A stretch of DNA of 64,000 nucleotides from Octopus vulgaris (GCA_951406725.2 OX597820.1:77128001-77192000); one strand, 5' to 3'; numbered from the stretch's first letter, positions 35,761-49,579 are shown. Translations and numbers: made by a program. The notes: generated by a model from the sequence alone, not told the origin.

Positions 35761-36861
35761 TCACTGACTGAAGAGTTCGCTTTTTTCATGCAGCTTGAAA
35801 GTCACGTCTTGCGACATGAAAATTGAACATTTTTGAAGCACGACTGCAGGTAGGCGTTTGTTGTATTTTTTTGAGGGCTTAGTGGAGTTTGTTGCCCTGT
35901 ATTTAATAATGTTTGGTGAGTAATAGAATCCACTCTGCTCCAGACATTTGCCTGTCTGTGGCCCTCTATAAAGACTCACTTTGCAGTGAAAATTGTGTTT
36001 TTGAGGAGGTGTAACCCCTCCGCAAAAATTAATTTCCTTGCGAAAATTGTCTCGTGTCTGTGGATTACCAAGGAGTACCAAGGCAGCAAGGACTGTTTTT
36101 GCAAGATGGACGTGAGTGTGTTGGCTCTGTCCAATATTGAACTGAAAGAAAAAAGAACGACATCAGCATAAGACCGTAGAGGTAGGTGGATTTGTTTTCG
36201 GTTGAGCTGGGTGTAATTTGTTAAATAGAAATTGTTTGTGTGTTGATAAATTTCGCCCAGCTCCGTGGCAATTCTGCCTGCTGTCGGGGGCTGCTGTTTG
36301 TTGTTTTTTGTAGTGCCCGAACTTACTGGATTTTGCCATTGAAACTTGTTGAAGTTGGCCAGTAGTACCTGTTGGCCATCGATGTTTGCAGTGTGAACTG
36401 TTTTTCTTTTCTCTATCTTTCTGGATTTTTTTTCTTTTTGGAGCTGTTTTTGCGTTTCTTTTGAATTTTATTTTTATTCCTATTTTTTGAACTGACTTGT
36501 TTATTTCTTTTTGGACTTGGTAATTCATTTGGACTTTCCTTCTTCTTTTGAATTGACTTTTAACATGGTAAATGCAAAAAGCGCCTTAGAATGGGAGGTG
36601 GTCCTACCTAAGCAATGGACTGAAAGCCTTGAGAGAAGGACGTTGGTACTACGGACCTATTCTAGGCGCGTGACGCCATCGCTCTCTTCGACAAGGGTAT
36701 AATTAATAAAGAGCCGCCAAAATGTTTGCCAGCTAAAAATTATTGTGACAAGGGGTGTGAAATACGCCACGGTGTGGCTACTTTTCGACACTCCTAAGGA
36801 GGTTTGCACTGTGGCAGGCCAGCCCCTGGTAGGGGAGGAGATTTTGTTTCTTCCCACATAT
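35761..36861 (+). mobile_element. Second, diverged member of the same Tx1-like family: 5' UTR and ORF1 N-terminus, 3' part lost
   Basis: Starts TCACTGAC (first copy TCTCTGAC). Shares CGACTGCAGGTAGGCGTTT, CACTCTGCTCC and TATAAAGACTCACTTTG. ORF from 36565 reads MVNAKSALEWEV..VLRTYS..TRGVKYATVWLLFDTPK..ILFLPTY. Confidence 0.8.
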
Positions 36862-37309
36862 CGTTAAAATTTAGAAATTTTAACAACTTTACATCTCATA
36901 TCTAGCGTCAAGCTGTTAATGTCTAAATATTCATTATGGGATATTAAATGGTAATCTATTTATCTTCAAATTCGCAAAATGTTTCTGCTCGTGAATGTCA
37001 AAGAGAATTGTGTAATGATGCTGTCAAGGGATATCTTTCATAATTTAGGGTTTTCAAAATTATGCTTTCTTTGCAACAAATACTTATTTTCCTTGTGATT
37101 TTTAAAATACCTTTGGATATGTAATGAAATAATATCGCATACCTACAATTTGCACAATAATTGAAAAGCTTTTAATATAATAAATGTATTCCAGTAAATT
37201 TCTTCGTCATTAGCTTGTGAATTTCAGTTTACAACATAAAGTATCATTCATCATGTTATATAAAAAGCGCTATATAATAGAATACATTGTAGTAAACTTT
37301 AAATGATTA

Positions 37310-38200
37310 TATACAAGGTCTGAGCAAAAAGTATCAAAAACAGAACTACAACATTAACTTGGCATGGAATCTACTTTGAATTAGTTCCCTTCAGAAGTCA
37401 CACGCTTCATCCGGCGTCGATTTTATTGATAGAAGAATTCGTGGAGCAATTCTATTTCTTGGGGTGAGGGTTAACAAGTAGCTACCTCGTTGCACTCTCT
37501 GGGATATCCTCGACATCGTCAAATCCTGTTTCTGTAAGTATTATTTGATGTATGGAAAGAGGGAAATGCTGCAAAAATCGAAATCTGGAAAATATAGAAG
37601 TTGATGGACTGTTGCGAAAGGGGGTCCGAGGGAAACCCTAGGGGTCGGCGAGAAATTACAGGCAGCCGTTTATAGCCAAGGGATTGAATGGGGGTCGGCG
37701 TGCGGAAGACCAGCTCACCCATGTGAACTACTTCGAATACTTAGTCAGTGTCAGGCTCATCCTTCACATTGATGTTGTCAATTTCATCAAAAGAGATTCT
37801 AGCAATATGATGCATTTTTCAAATTTTCTAACCGTGAAAGCAAATTCATGAAAATTGAAAGTTTAATACTTCGATGGAATTTCTTAATTTGTCGTACACA
37901 TATATTTTAGCTAACATGGTTTAAAAAAGTTTGGCGACATCATGACTAGTGGAATGCTCTTCTTGGCCAAAAGTTTTGGCAGAAACTTGTCAGATACACG
38001 TTTTACACCTAAATATTCAGTGATAATGGGCTGAACTGAACTGTAACTAACGATCACATCCTTTGAAAACTCACTCACAGTGATTCAGTGGGATTTCTGA
38101 ACAGCTGCAAGCATATCAGATGTTTTCATGAGTTCTGCTGTTTGCTAGTTTCTCAGAACGTGTGCCACATCCAACATTTTGTCATATTCATCTAAAGTTC
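37310..38200 (-). mobile_element. Fragmented mariner-type transposase remnants
   Basis: C-terminal FDDVEDI...RRRMKRVTSEGN*F lies next to a TATACAAGGTCTG terminus at ~37310. N-terminal ITVSEFSKDVIVSYSSVQPIITEYLGVKRVSDKFLPKLL lies at ~37970-38090. Confidence 0.6.
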
Positions 38201-38839
38201 CCCAAAATTGCAATGCCTTAAAACAAGATATATATATATGCGTATGTAAGTGTGTGTGTGTGTGTGTGTGTGTAGGTAAGTAAGTTCTAGCGTTCATAGC
38301 TTAAATATAGTTTTCTCAACTTGACAGACACTTTCCTAAGAGGTATCAGTACTAAAGGATTTTCAAGAGAACTACGGTTGACCTATCTTATTTTAGCTCC
38401 ACCTCACCCCTAAAATAGGATTAAAAGGTTTTCTCGCATATAGCTCTGACAGATAGTTATGAGAATGACAAAAACGAGAGCAACAATGCAGTAGGGTCTC
38501 TATGAATACATATAATTTGTAATTTCCTGAAATCCTCGCTCTTCTCTTTCTGAGGCTTACTAAATATTACTTTGTTTGTGCTTGTAAGGAGTTATTACAA
38601 ATACTTTAAGATTGTTCTTGTCAGTCATTATGCAAATAAGTCCAGTTTGCAATGTAGATTGCTCAGGAACACGTATATGGGCGAACATACTAAAATCCTT
38701 ATGTTGCAATAATATCTGTGTTTTGTATGTTTATCTTAATTTATTTTGCTTTACTTGTATATGTTAACGCATGAAAGTAATACATACTTGGTGTATTTCA
38801 CACAATTCAAACGCTTAAACTTTTGTGTTTAATAATCAT

Positions 38840-39295
38840 TTTTACTGTAGGCACAAGGCCTGAAATTTGCGGGAAGGTAGACAGTCGATTATATTGACAC
38901 CAGTTGACAACTGGTACTTAATTTGTCGATCACGAAAGAAAGAAAGATAGAGTGGAACCTCGTCGGAATTTGAACTCTGAACATAGCGACGGGCGAAATA
39001 CGGCTAATGCATTTCGACCGGCGTGCTAACGGCTCTGCCAGCACGCCGCCTTTATTTTATTCATAATAATACTTTACACAGGGTATCAAGTTGGCAGAAT
39101 TGTTAGCACTCGGGGCAGAATGCTTACAGGCATGTCGTCCGACTGTACATACTGAGTTCAAATTCTACCGAGGTTGGTTATGACTTTCATTATGTCTGGG
39201 TCAATTAGATAAGTACCAACTGAGCTCTGGGGCCCATCTAACTGGCTCACCCATCCCCCGAAGTTGTTGATCTTGAGCCAAAATTTTCACCCAAT
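38840..39295. mobile_element. Head-to-head pair of family-A SINEs (- then +)
   Basis: A minus copy at ~38840-39052 and a plus copy at ~39083-39295, with a ~30-bp spacer. Confidence 0.75.
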
Positions 39296-40402
39296 GAATT
39301 GAAAAAAAAGGTAGCCCATATGCATACACAAACACATATTCATATATTTGTTTGGTGTGTGTGAGTGAGCGTATGTATGTGTATGTGCATATGTGTGAGT
39401 GTGTGCGTATAAAATATGTCTACATATGTCTGTTGGTTTTAAGTAACATATGCGTGTATGTACTTAGTAGCGTATGTAGGATTATGCAACTCCCAAATCA
39501 ACACGATGCTGCTTCTCGACTTCTCATAATTTTAATCAGTGTGACGCGAATAGGCTGATTGGTTGATTCATTATGTCTAAGTAAGTAGTTTGCGATATAT
39601 ATTAAATGAATTTAGTGCGTGATCCTGACATACTATCTGGAGCAAATATAACTTACTACCTTCTAACTTTTATAAAATAATACGTCTCATAGAGTCTTGG
39701 CTGCTCTTTTGCTGCTGCGTACATTTGTCTTCTCGTTACACGTGAGATTATTAATTATACGGCAAAGAAGTGAGAAGAACGTTCGCCATATTTATTCTCC
39801 GTCAGTTAAACACAGTGCATCTCAGGAAGAAAACCAGGAGACCCTGCTGTGAGAAATTTCATGAATCTCAGATTTTTTTGTCGCTTCTCACTGATATTTT
39901 CATATGATCATAACCCATCGCCTATAGCTAATGTAAGTGGTTATTAAACAGAAGTTGTTCGTTCTGCTTGCAATAGTTAGGTGTATTTCACTAGCAACTG
40001 TATTCACACCGAGGAAGGCAAGATTCAATAACACTGGTGTTCTTTTATATCCAAGCGCTTATAAACTGTCTGCAACACGGGTTTATTTAATAAATACCGT
40101 GTATTCGTGAATACATAAAACAGCCGTAACCTCAAGACCTCTAGCCTAGTGACAGTTTTCTTAGAATCTTATTAGATAATCGGATACATAGTATTAGGAT
40201 AAATCACATGAAATATAAATGATCTTACTTTTCTTTATCATTATACCACGGTGTCTTCGAATTAATAGTAGACAGTTGTGTTGTAAACAATATTTAATAT
40301 TTAGTATTTCTTCTTTTGAATTAGTGGCGTTCAACTTTCCTTTAAAAGTACTGTGATGTCCCTGACAGAAATAATGCGACGCAAGATAAATATTTTCATA
40401 TA

Positions 40403-40477
<75 letters not shown>

Positions 40478-40587
40478 ATATATATATATATGTATATATG
40501 TATGTATGTATATATATGTATGTATGTATATATATGTATGTATGTATGTATATGTATGTATATATATATATAAGTATGTATATAACT

Positions 40588-41215
40588 TAGAAAGGTTTTG
40601 GTCAGTATTGGCCCAGGCCATGTCTAACTTAATAGCACCACCTGGCGAAGTCTTTCAATTCAGGATTTGGGCACCGAGGCCCATTCGAGCAGGGAGTTAT
40701 TGTTTGCGGAGACATATCCGGGTGTGGGTGGTTTGTCCGGGACTGTTTGAAGGAATTTGTCCAAAGACTTCTTGAATTTTGTGTGATCAGTTTCTGTTTT
40801 GACGTGTCCTGGTGTAGTGTTGAAGAGAGCGGGTCCAATTGAGGTGAAATAATTGTGCTGTATTGTCGTCATGTGATGCGATTTAGATTTTTGTTGTGGA
40901 CGGATGGCACGTGGTCCAAGCCTTGGATGTATTTTGAAGGTGATGCCAACATCATTCGGACAGTGCTGATGGAATATTTTCCACATCATACAGATAATGT
41001 AGCGTTCACGGCGTCGTTGGAGTGAATACAGTTTCAGCTTCTCTAGTCTATCCCAGTAGTCAAGGTCTGACATGCCATCTATCTTTTTTGTGATTGACCT
41101 TTGGGGAGCTTTAATTCTCATAATATTTTGTTTTGTGTAGGGAAACCACAGTAGACAACGGTATTCAAGGTGGGGTCGGGCAAAAGTGGAGAAGAGAAGG
41201 ATAACAGTGTGGGAA
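40588..41215 (-). mobile_element. 3' end of a CR1/L2-group LINE ORF2, open throughout, inserted in TA-rich microsatellite; related copy at 61128-61440
   Basis: [36 protein letters not shown] and [25 protein letters not shown]. The 3' UTR CCAGGTGGTGCTATTAAGTTAG is shared with ~61160-61180. Confidence 0.88.
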
Positions 41216-41423
41216 TGTATATATATGTATATATATATATATATGTATATGTATATATATGTGTATATGTATATATATGTATATATATGTGTATATGTAT
41301 ATATATGTATATATATGTGTATATGTATATATATGTATATGTATGTATATATATATGTATATATGTATATATATGTATATATGTATATATATATGTATAT
41401 ATATATATATGTATGTATATATG

Positions 41424-41479
<56 letters not shown>

Positions 41480-44400
41480 TATATACATACGCCATAGACA
41501 CGCACACACAAACATATATATATGAGTGAGAGAGAGAAGAGTTACAGAATGGAATAGATAATATCCAGGCTACATTTGTTTCATAGGGAGTGGAACCTTG
41601 GAAGTGATAAATATCAAAACAAGGTGTATAGCATAGGCTAGTCTTCAGGCCAGAGGTATCGTGACTGAATGGAAGTTAACATTGTCGCAAGGAAGTACAT
41701 GTTAACACATAGAATATTCGACACACGCACACAGACACACATATATATATATATATATGCATATATGTGTATGTATGTATATATATGTATGTATATACAC
41801 GACATGCTTCTTTCAGTCTCCGTCTAATAAATGCACTAACAATGCGTTGGTCATCCCGGGGATTGAATAGAAGATGCCTCTCTACGTCTACGCAGTGAGT
41901 CTGGACCCCCGACCATGTGGTTAGGAAGAAAACGTCTTACCGCACAGCTATTCCTTACCAAGATATACATGTAAGGCATTGATTATCCACGGGATAGTAG
42001 TTAAACACAGAAGAATTCCATTACCATATTTACGATGATAAATTATTCCCCATCAAACTAAATACGCAGTTAATGGCTTTATCTGTGTTCTGAAAGAGTA
42101 ATATTGTTATGTAACTTTGTTTTTAATACCATTTCCTGGATGAAATCGATGAAGTGTCAGTGGTTTTACTAAGGAAAAGTGTTCAGCTCAAGTTTTAAAT
42201 GATAAAACCAATCAACTGAGAACCTGATCGTCACAGATTATTTTTTTGTGAATTCAGTATTTTTTTTTTTTGTTTTCATATATTGTAGTTTTCGTAGCAA
42301 ATTTTTTTAAAGTGAACATGGACAGAATGTTATCTTCTGTAATATCTGATTGCTGCTCTGAAAAAAACACACTACAGTTGAATAATCTAAACACTGGAAT
42401 ACTAAATCAAATAATCATGAAAAATTAACAACATTGCTGAAGCCATATTGTTTATATCAATTTTATCATAAACTGATAGAAACCCCACGTGTTTATCATT
42501 GTTAGCCTAGACGTTGTTCTTCTGCATAGTCGAAGTCTTATAAATGTGTTGTAAATCGCATAATTTCATTTCAAAAGAACAATATTAAAAAGAAATATAA
42601 TACGTCTGGCCAGTTACTGACCGCTTGTATATTGAAGTCCACATTAATAACCTAGCTGAAGAATGGTTTTTAACATTGGCGAATCAATATAGTGAGAAGG
42701 TTAATGGGTTGCCCGTGAAATGATAGAGTGCTGCTGTCAAATATGAATAGATATACGTCCATAAATGAAGTCTGCAATTAATAAAGAGAATCCAATATGA
42801 GAATCGATTTTTCTCTTTGCCTGACCGTCAATAACATTTATTGTATAGTGAAATAAAGCACTCATCTCTCTTTTTTTTTTTGCTTTGTTATTAGTTTCCT
42901 ATTAAGACTAGTGTTTAATGTATACAGCATATAGCACATGATGATCAGCTTTATCTTTGTAAATAATTAAAAATATTTTAGCAATAATCCAGAAATATAA
43001 TTGCAGAGAGGAAGGAAGTTTCTGGTTGGATTAATATATTTTATGTCCCATGCATTTGTAGATATTTAATATGAAAGAAATGACTGAGGGTTATAATTTG
43101 AAGACATGTTATTGTACTGATATATATTCTGATAACTGTCTTTGTTATACATTCAGTAAAAGAGTAATATATTCATATGCATATATTGGCAGAAATACTC
43201 ACACAGTTTTGGCTATATGCCAGAGATAAATTATCAGAAACATTTTAGTGTACTGATATTTACCCTTCTGATGAAGTCTTGTCAAAATAAGGCTACTTAT
43301 TCTTCTCCTTATAACTCTTCAAATAGGTTTACCTAAATTGTTGTGGGTGAGACTTCTTTAGGAGATATTTGGTCACCTGTCTTCTTTTTACTATCCTTTG
43401 CTGTATTGTGTGTATATCAAATACTATTCGATGTACTAAATATCCGGCAAAGCAGTTCAAATCTTTATTTTACTGTAATTTTTGTCGAAACACTTCATTT
43501 GCTGGGCGAGTGAACTGGCGATCTTTTGCTTATTTGGAAAAAAGTAGATATTTCATTTTCGTTCGCTTAAATGCATTTCTTCACCTAATACTGTAAAGCG
43601 TCTCGACATTTCCGTTTGTTATGTTGAGCTAGAATTATATTATAGTTAAAAGCAAAGTACATTACGTCGCTGCAAAGGATGAAACCGTCGTTTTCGTTAT
43701 ATGTCATTAGTAAAATAGCTACGAATTACCAAGATGGAATTATATGATATTTAACTGTAACTAACATTTAGAATATTTTCGTTAAATAGTTTTTATACTT
43801 GTAATTCATGAAGCAGTGTATATTCCTCAGGGCAGGACAATTAACGCTATACTCACTACAACACATCATGTAATAAAACGTTCTGTCCGCTTCAATAATT
43901 ATATTTTCCGATATGCCATTGTCATAGAGGCTCTTCTGCATGCATCCTCTATTTCAACCTTATGTTTCTTAATCCATCAATTTAAAACCGTAAAAAAACT
44001 GTCAATTATTTTAACTTGCTGAATTAGAATCAATTTTCGAGCATGCCTCTAGGCACGGAGGCACAGAAAAATTACAACACTGAAACAAAGCAATTCTGTT
44101 ACATAAAATTTCTGCGGTGGGCAATTATATACAACGCAATGGAGATATATGTTTACAATATTGTCAAACAGTTAGCCAGCAGAATAATTTCATTTCTACC
44201 CTGGCTCAAATCGCATATGCGACGAATCCTTATTCTGTCTGGAGTGAAAAGTAAGTTGATTTGCGTGTCAGCATTCAACATTCTAAGAATCTCAATTCTT
44301 AAATGGTAATTTAGGACAATTCTCCGTCACAAATGATTTTTTGAGGACGATAAAACATTGGTGTAGATATGTACCTATATATATATATATATATATAAAG

Positions 44401-44850
44401 AGAATGAGAGAGGGAGACAGAGAGAGGTGCAGGCGTGCCTGAGTGGTAATCAGCTTACTTCCCAACCACATGGTTCCGGGTTCTGTCCCAATGCGTGACA
44501 CCTTGAGTAATTGTGTACTACTATAACTTCGGGCCGACCAGAGCCTTGTGAGTGGGTTTAGCTACTGAGCACCAGGTTTGCTAGAAATAAGATTCGAAAC
44601 AAGTCAAAATAAGATTCAAAACATCAGAGAGCTATTCTAACAACAGGAAAGGGAGACAATCTCCCTACAGCAAGCGAGAGTAACCCATTACTCCATCACC
44701 GAGGATTTAAAACTTAACTCACCTTGTTAGTCTTATAGAGAACACCACAGGAAATATTGACTAATTCTGAAAATTGTGAAGTGAGTATCATAAATTTTTA
44801 AGGTGGCTATTCACAATTGACAACTGAAAGGCAGAAGTATAGTCATCAGT

Positions 44851-45330
44851 AAAGTGACGGAGGGTACTAGTAAGTCCCAATGTTACTAGAAATATGTGTG
44901 AAAGCAACTTTTAGCCACGTGAGAGTGGTTTTCTTATGACTGACAAGGGAGACACGCACCCTTCGGCAATCAAAATGGAGTTATCTCAGTGATGATTTCA
45001 GATTTGATTAATCTTCATCAGTGACCGATGGGTTAAAAGCTTACATCACTTCAACATATGTTTCATATGTTGTTCTCTATAAGACTGACAGAGTGAGTTA
45101 AATTTTTAACTCTCGGTAAAATATAAATGGGGCACTACTGGAAATTAATCAAATCTGAAATCATAGATGTTATGACTCCATCACGATTGCCGTAGAGAGA
45201 TTGTCTCCCTTGTCAGTCATTCAAAAACCACTCTCACGTGGCTAAGAGTTGTTTTGACTCTTATTTCTAGCAATATTGGTGCTGATTATACTTGTGCCTT
45301 CCGGATGTAACTTACACCGTCAGTCACTTT
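44851..45330. repeat. Imperfect fold-back element, ~175-200-bp arms and ~105-bp spacer
   Basis: Paired blocks TAGCCACGTGAGAGTGGTTTT / AAAACCACTCTCACGTGGCTA, ATGACTGACAAGGGAGACA / TGTCTCCCTTGTCAGTCAT and ATGATTTCAGATTTGATTAAT / ATTAATCAAATCTGAAATCAT. Confidence 0.85.
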
Positions 45331-45332
45331 AG

Positions 45333-45424
<92 letters not shown>

Positions 45425-45556
45425 CTTAAATGTTGAAGTGAATCGAACGGCTTTTGTGTGTTTCTTAAATGGCTTACAAACACCTTCCACGCTGCAATTG
45501 TTTTCGTTTCAGCACACGATCTCAGATCAAATTACTTGCTATGCGAGTACATCTCC

Positions 45557-45615
<59 letters not shown>

Positions 45616-48129
45616 CGCACCAACACACACACACACGCACACAGTTGAATTACCCCTTTAGTTTATATAACAGTTAGCGACAATGAACATTCTAATTTTT
45701 TTGTCTGATTGTGCTACTTTAGTGATGGTTCAATTTACAGTATTTTAGAATGTATTGTATGCTATAACGAAAGCTACTACTAAAGCGCCATTTTAAATTT
45801 TACGATCTATTCTCAACCCGCACATTTGATGAGGGTGTAAGTTCGTTGCGTTTCTAACCGATCATTCGTGATTTACTTTCCATTATTCTATTCTAAATTA
45901 CAGTAATTTCGGTGGTACTTTTGAAACTAGACGGGGTTAGCGAGTAGCATAAAATTCTAAACGTATACCTCAATGATGTGCAGCAGAAACATCTTGGGAT
46001 GATGGGACCATAACTGTAGCAGACGTGTGTGTGTGTGTGTGTGCGCGCGTGCGTGTGTGTGTGCGCGTGTGTGTGTGAGCGTGTGTGTGCGTCTGCGCCC
46101 GAGCCGTTGAGGATTTCTTTTCAATCTCTGAGCCTCCTCTCTTCTCCGACGAGGAGCTTTGCTCCACGCGTCGATTTTATACATTTCTTGTCCACGTCTT
46201 CACGTTTGTTTTGTTTGTTTGTTTGTTTTTTCTTTTCGTATCGCCATTCGTTTATTTGAACTGACTGTGCATATATATGAATATATGCGCACACATAAGC
46301 ACGTGTGTGCGTGCGTGCTCATGTATGTGTTTCTATGCCTTATCTATCGATGTATAGTTCCGGATTTTAGAATCTATGTATAATTCAATCCAGTATTTCT
46401 GGATTACAGGAGATGATCGTCTTCAATTGACCGTTTGCACCACTGGAACTAAACTACATTTTTTTCCCTTTCAAATGCGCAGAAATTTTAAGCAAATTTT
46501 TTTTTTATTATCTCCAAGCCAGTCGAATCCTAAAATATTGTCCAACATTGTAACAATTCACCTTAGACTATCACATCATGATGTATAAGCGTATCGTCCA
46601 AAAAACTTCATTGTAAGGGGGGAAATGCCTGACATCTAAGAACACCGGTTCTTCGAACTGAAATGAAGATACTGATCAGCATTTATGATGCAGAGATAGA
46701 GGGTGAAGAATTAAAGGATAAAACAAGATCTTCTGGCATGCGAGACTGTTTGAATTAAACAACATCGGGTATACTGACAATCAATTAAAACAGATTTGGG
46801 GCAAAGAATAACTAGAGGGTTCCGAATGGGGCATTATTAGGATAACTGGAAGACTACAAAATACATGAAATTAGATGGAAGGTCAGGCATTTTCCTTCAT
46901 CTCTCAAGAATTATTCGTACAAATATTTTTAGAATTCATAAAGTTTGTTGCGAAGCACATATGCACCAGATTTTGTCTGAGCTTGATTTGGTGTTGATGC
47001 GTAATTCTCATGTGATTTTCCTCTCCTATGAAACTCGGATTTCCTGTAACAGATATAGTTTTCCATGTCCGGTGATTTTCTTTCAATGTGTTCAAAGATT
47101 TCTTTAGATTTTTCTATTTGACCTGAAATATAATAAACTTATTCTAATTTTCTGAAGTATTGCGACTCCATTTTGTCTGAACCACTTTACTTCAATTGCC
47201 TCTTATAGAATTGTCGATTATTTGGAGAGGGACGCAAATGCACTTATCAACCATTTTACTTCTGCACATTCCGGTGATCTATTATAAATTCTCATTGATA
47301 AGCTGTTTAAATAAATCACTGTAAATAGCTCTTCTAATACACTATTCTATTCCATTGGGTGCTGTCGTTTTAATCGATAACACGTCTACATAAGTCTTGC
47401 TAATATTCCCACTTATTTGAAACAATGCCCAAACTAATCTTGGCTTCAGGAATGTTCCACCCATGTGATATAGATTATTTACCATGTGTTGGAATTGGAG
47501 ACTTATTGTTTACTCTTCTAAATGTACTGTTTAATCTGCTATTTTGATGTTCTAGGCAGCAAACATGACCTAGAGTCATTAGCCATTTCTCATAATAATC
47601 ATAAAGAGTCAATATTGGTCTTAAGATCGAAGAGCACTTGAATGAATATATCAGACGATTCAGCTGAGAGATTTTAAGTTCAATTCTATTAAGATGTTAT
47701 TGTACTTGCTTGGACTCACACATGATTATCAGTTCAACCAAATGTATCAAGATATTCTGTAGAAACTGTGGCATCCAGCAGGCTACACAGATGTTATAGA
47801 TTTGTCCTTATGATATACGAGCAAAGTACTGTTTCGGGAGTTAATACTTCTGCTGATAGCTATATAGTAAGCATTGTAAACAAAAATTATTGTTTTTAAA
47901 TAAGCTATATTATGTATACACACAGGGCAATAAATGCCACTTAGTCTTATATATTACTGTTCTAACACAATAAATCAGATAACAGGTGATAGATACTTTT
48001 TCAATAGGAAATTGGCATCACAAGTTTGACCGCTTGCAGGTCGTAAAGGGAAATGATACTGAATTTATTTCGCTTCACTCCTTCGCTAGTCAAGCGACAT
48101 CTCAATTTCATATTCACTTGTTTTTCTCC

Positions 48130-48130
48130 G

Positions 48131-48176
<46 letters not shown>

Positions 48177-48177
48177 C

Positions 48178-48208
<31 letters not shown>

Positions 48209-48237
48209 CATATATATATATATGTGTGTGTGTGTGC

Positions 48238-48268
<31 letters not shown>

Positions 48269-48269
48269 C

Positions 48270-48349
<80 letters not shown>

Positions 48350-48393
48350 GTGTGTGTGTGTGCATATATATATATATATGTGTGTGTGTGTGC

Positions 48394-48428
<35 letters not shown>

Positions 48429-48429
48429 C

Positions 48430-48462
<33 letters not shown>

Positions 48463-48463
48463 C

Positions 48464-48496
<33 letters not shown>

Positions 48497-48497
48497 C

Positions 48498-48528
<31 letters not shown>

Positions 48529-48543
48529 CATATATATATATAT
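48130..48543. repeat. Higher-order compound microsatellite [(TA)n(TG)m(CA)] repeated with ~30-bp period
   Basis: Direct inspection; source of the spurious YICV/HTHI ORFs. Confidence 0.9.
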
Positions 48544-49119
48544 AAGAAGACATATAGAACTATATGCGTGTATATAAATATTTGTTTATATACGTATATG
48601 CCAACATATTCATATATGTAAGTGTAAAGGTGCGTGTGTGTTTTGTATCGTTATTTGCTAGATTGATTTACACACACGTTGATGTTCTTTGTCATTAATA
48701 CTTGGCGATTTATGCACAGGAAAAATGCATGCGATAAGCGTCTTGAATGACGGACTTGTCTATTCCGGAAAATAAAGATGTTGAATCCATTCTTTCTATC
48801 ACAGGTCGCATCACAGGCAGCGATATTTACAAGGTAGTGTACTAATAGAAGTAGTGAGGAGGAAGTCACACTATATGCATAAAGAAGAAAATATAGCGCT
48901 TATCTTATTACAACGTCAAAGTTTATAGAGTAACATCAATTGAAATATATTACTTTGTATCTAAGCAGAACTATGTTTTGCGGTGGAATCTACAAATAAT
49001 TCCTGAGTCCTGTTTAATATACAAGAGAAATTTGTTACCTGAACATGACTGGGTCCTGTTAGAAGCCTGCGATTCTCTAAATGGCATGAGGACGAATCAA
49101 ACAATAATAATATAACTCC

Positions 49120-49300
49120 TAATGCGGCGAACTGGTAAAATTGTTAGCAATTTGGGCAAAATAGTTAGTGGTATTTCGTCTATTTTTATGTTCTGAGTTC
49201 AAGTTCCACTGAGGTCTCTACTTTGCCTTCATCCTTTTAAGGTTGATAAAATAATTACCAGATGAACATTGGCATCACTGTAATCAACTTAACTACTCCT
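49120..49300 (+). mobile_element. Family-A SINE (degenerate)
   Basis: GCGGCGAACTGG...GTTCTGAGTTCAAGTTCC...CTTTGCCTTCATCCTTT. Confidence 0.7.
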
Positions 49301-49579
49301 AGGTATGAGTATAAACAACTATATCCCTCTGCCAAGCCATTTTGAGGTAGAGTGTTAAAGTAGGTTCATAAAGCCATTCACTAGAGGAGAGAATATGCTG
49401 AGGTGCCCGAAACGCTCTGGCCTAAACATGGGCAACCCAATCTAAGAATGTAGTACATATATTTATATATTATTTTATATATATAGATATATTTTTTATT
49501 TACTTTTATACGCTTCAGCCCTTACTCTACAGCCGTAATCACTGTAATCACCTTTTCAATGGCTAATCTTATGTGATTG

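Noticed and set aside
46600-47900. Possible decayed LINE with an 11-bp inverted motif (AAATGCCTGAC / GTCAGGCATTT)
   Set aside because: No diagnostic protein motif could be recovered by eye in any frame; left unassigned.
47986-48621. Long ORFs rich in YI/CV/HT repeats (also at ~9.1, 20.7, 24.3, 40.3-41.5, 53.7-54.7 and 60 kb)
   Set aside because: They are translations of (TA)n/(TG)n/(GATA)n microsatellites that lack stop codons, not genes.
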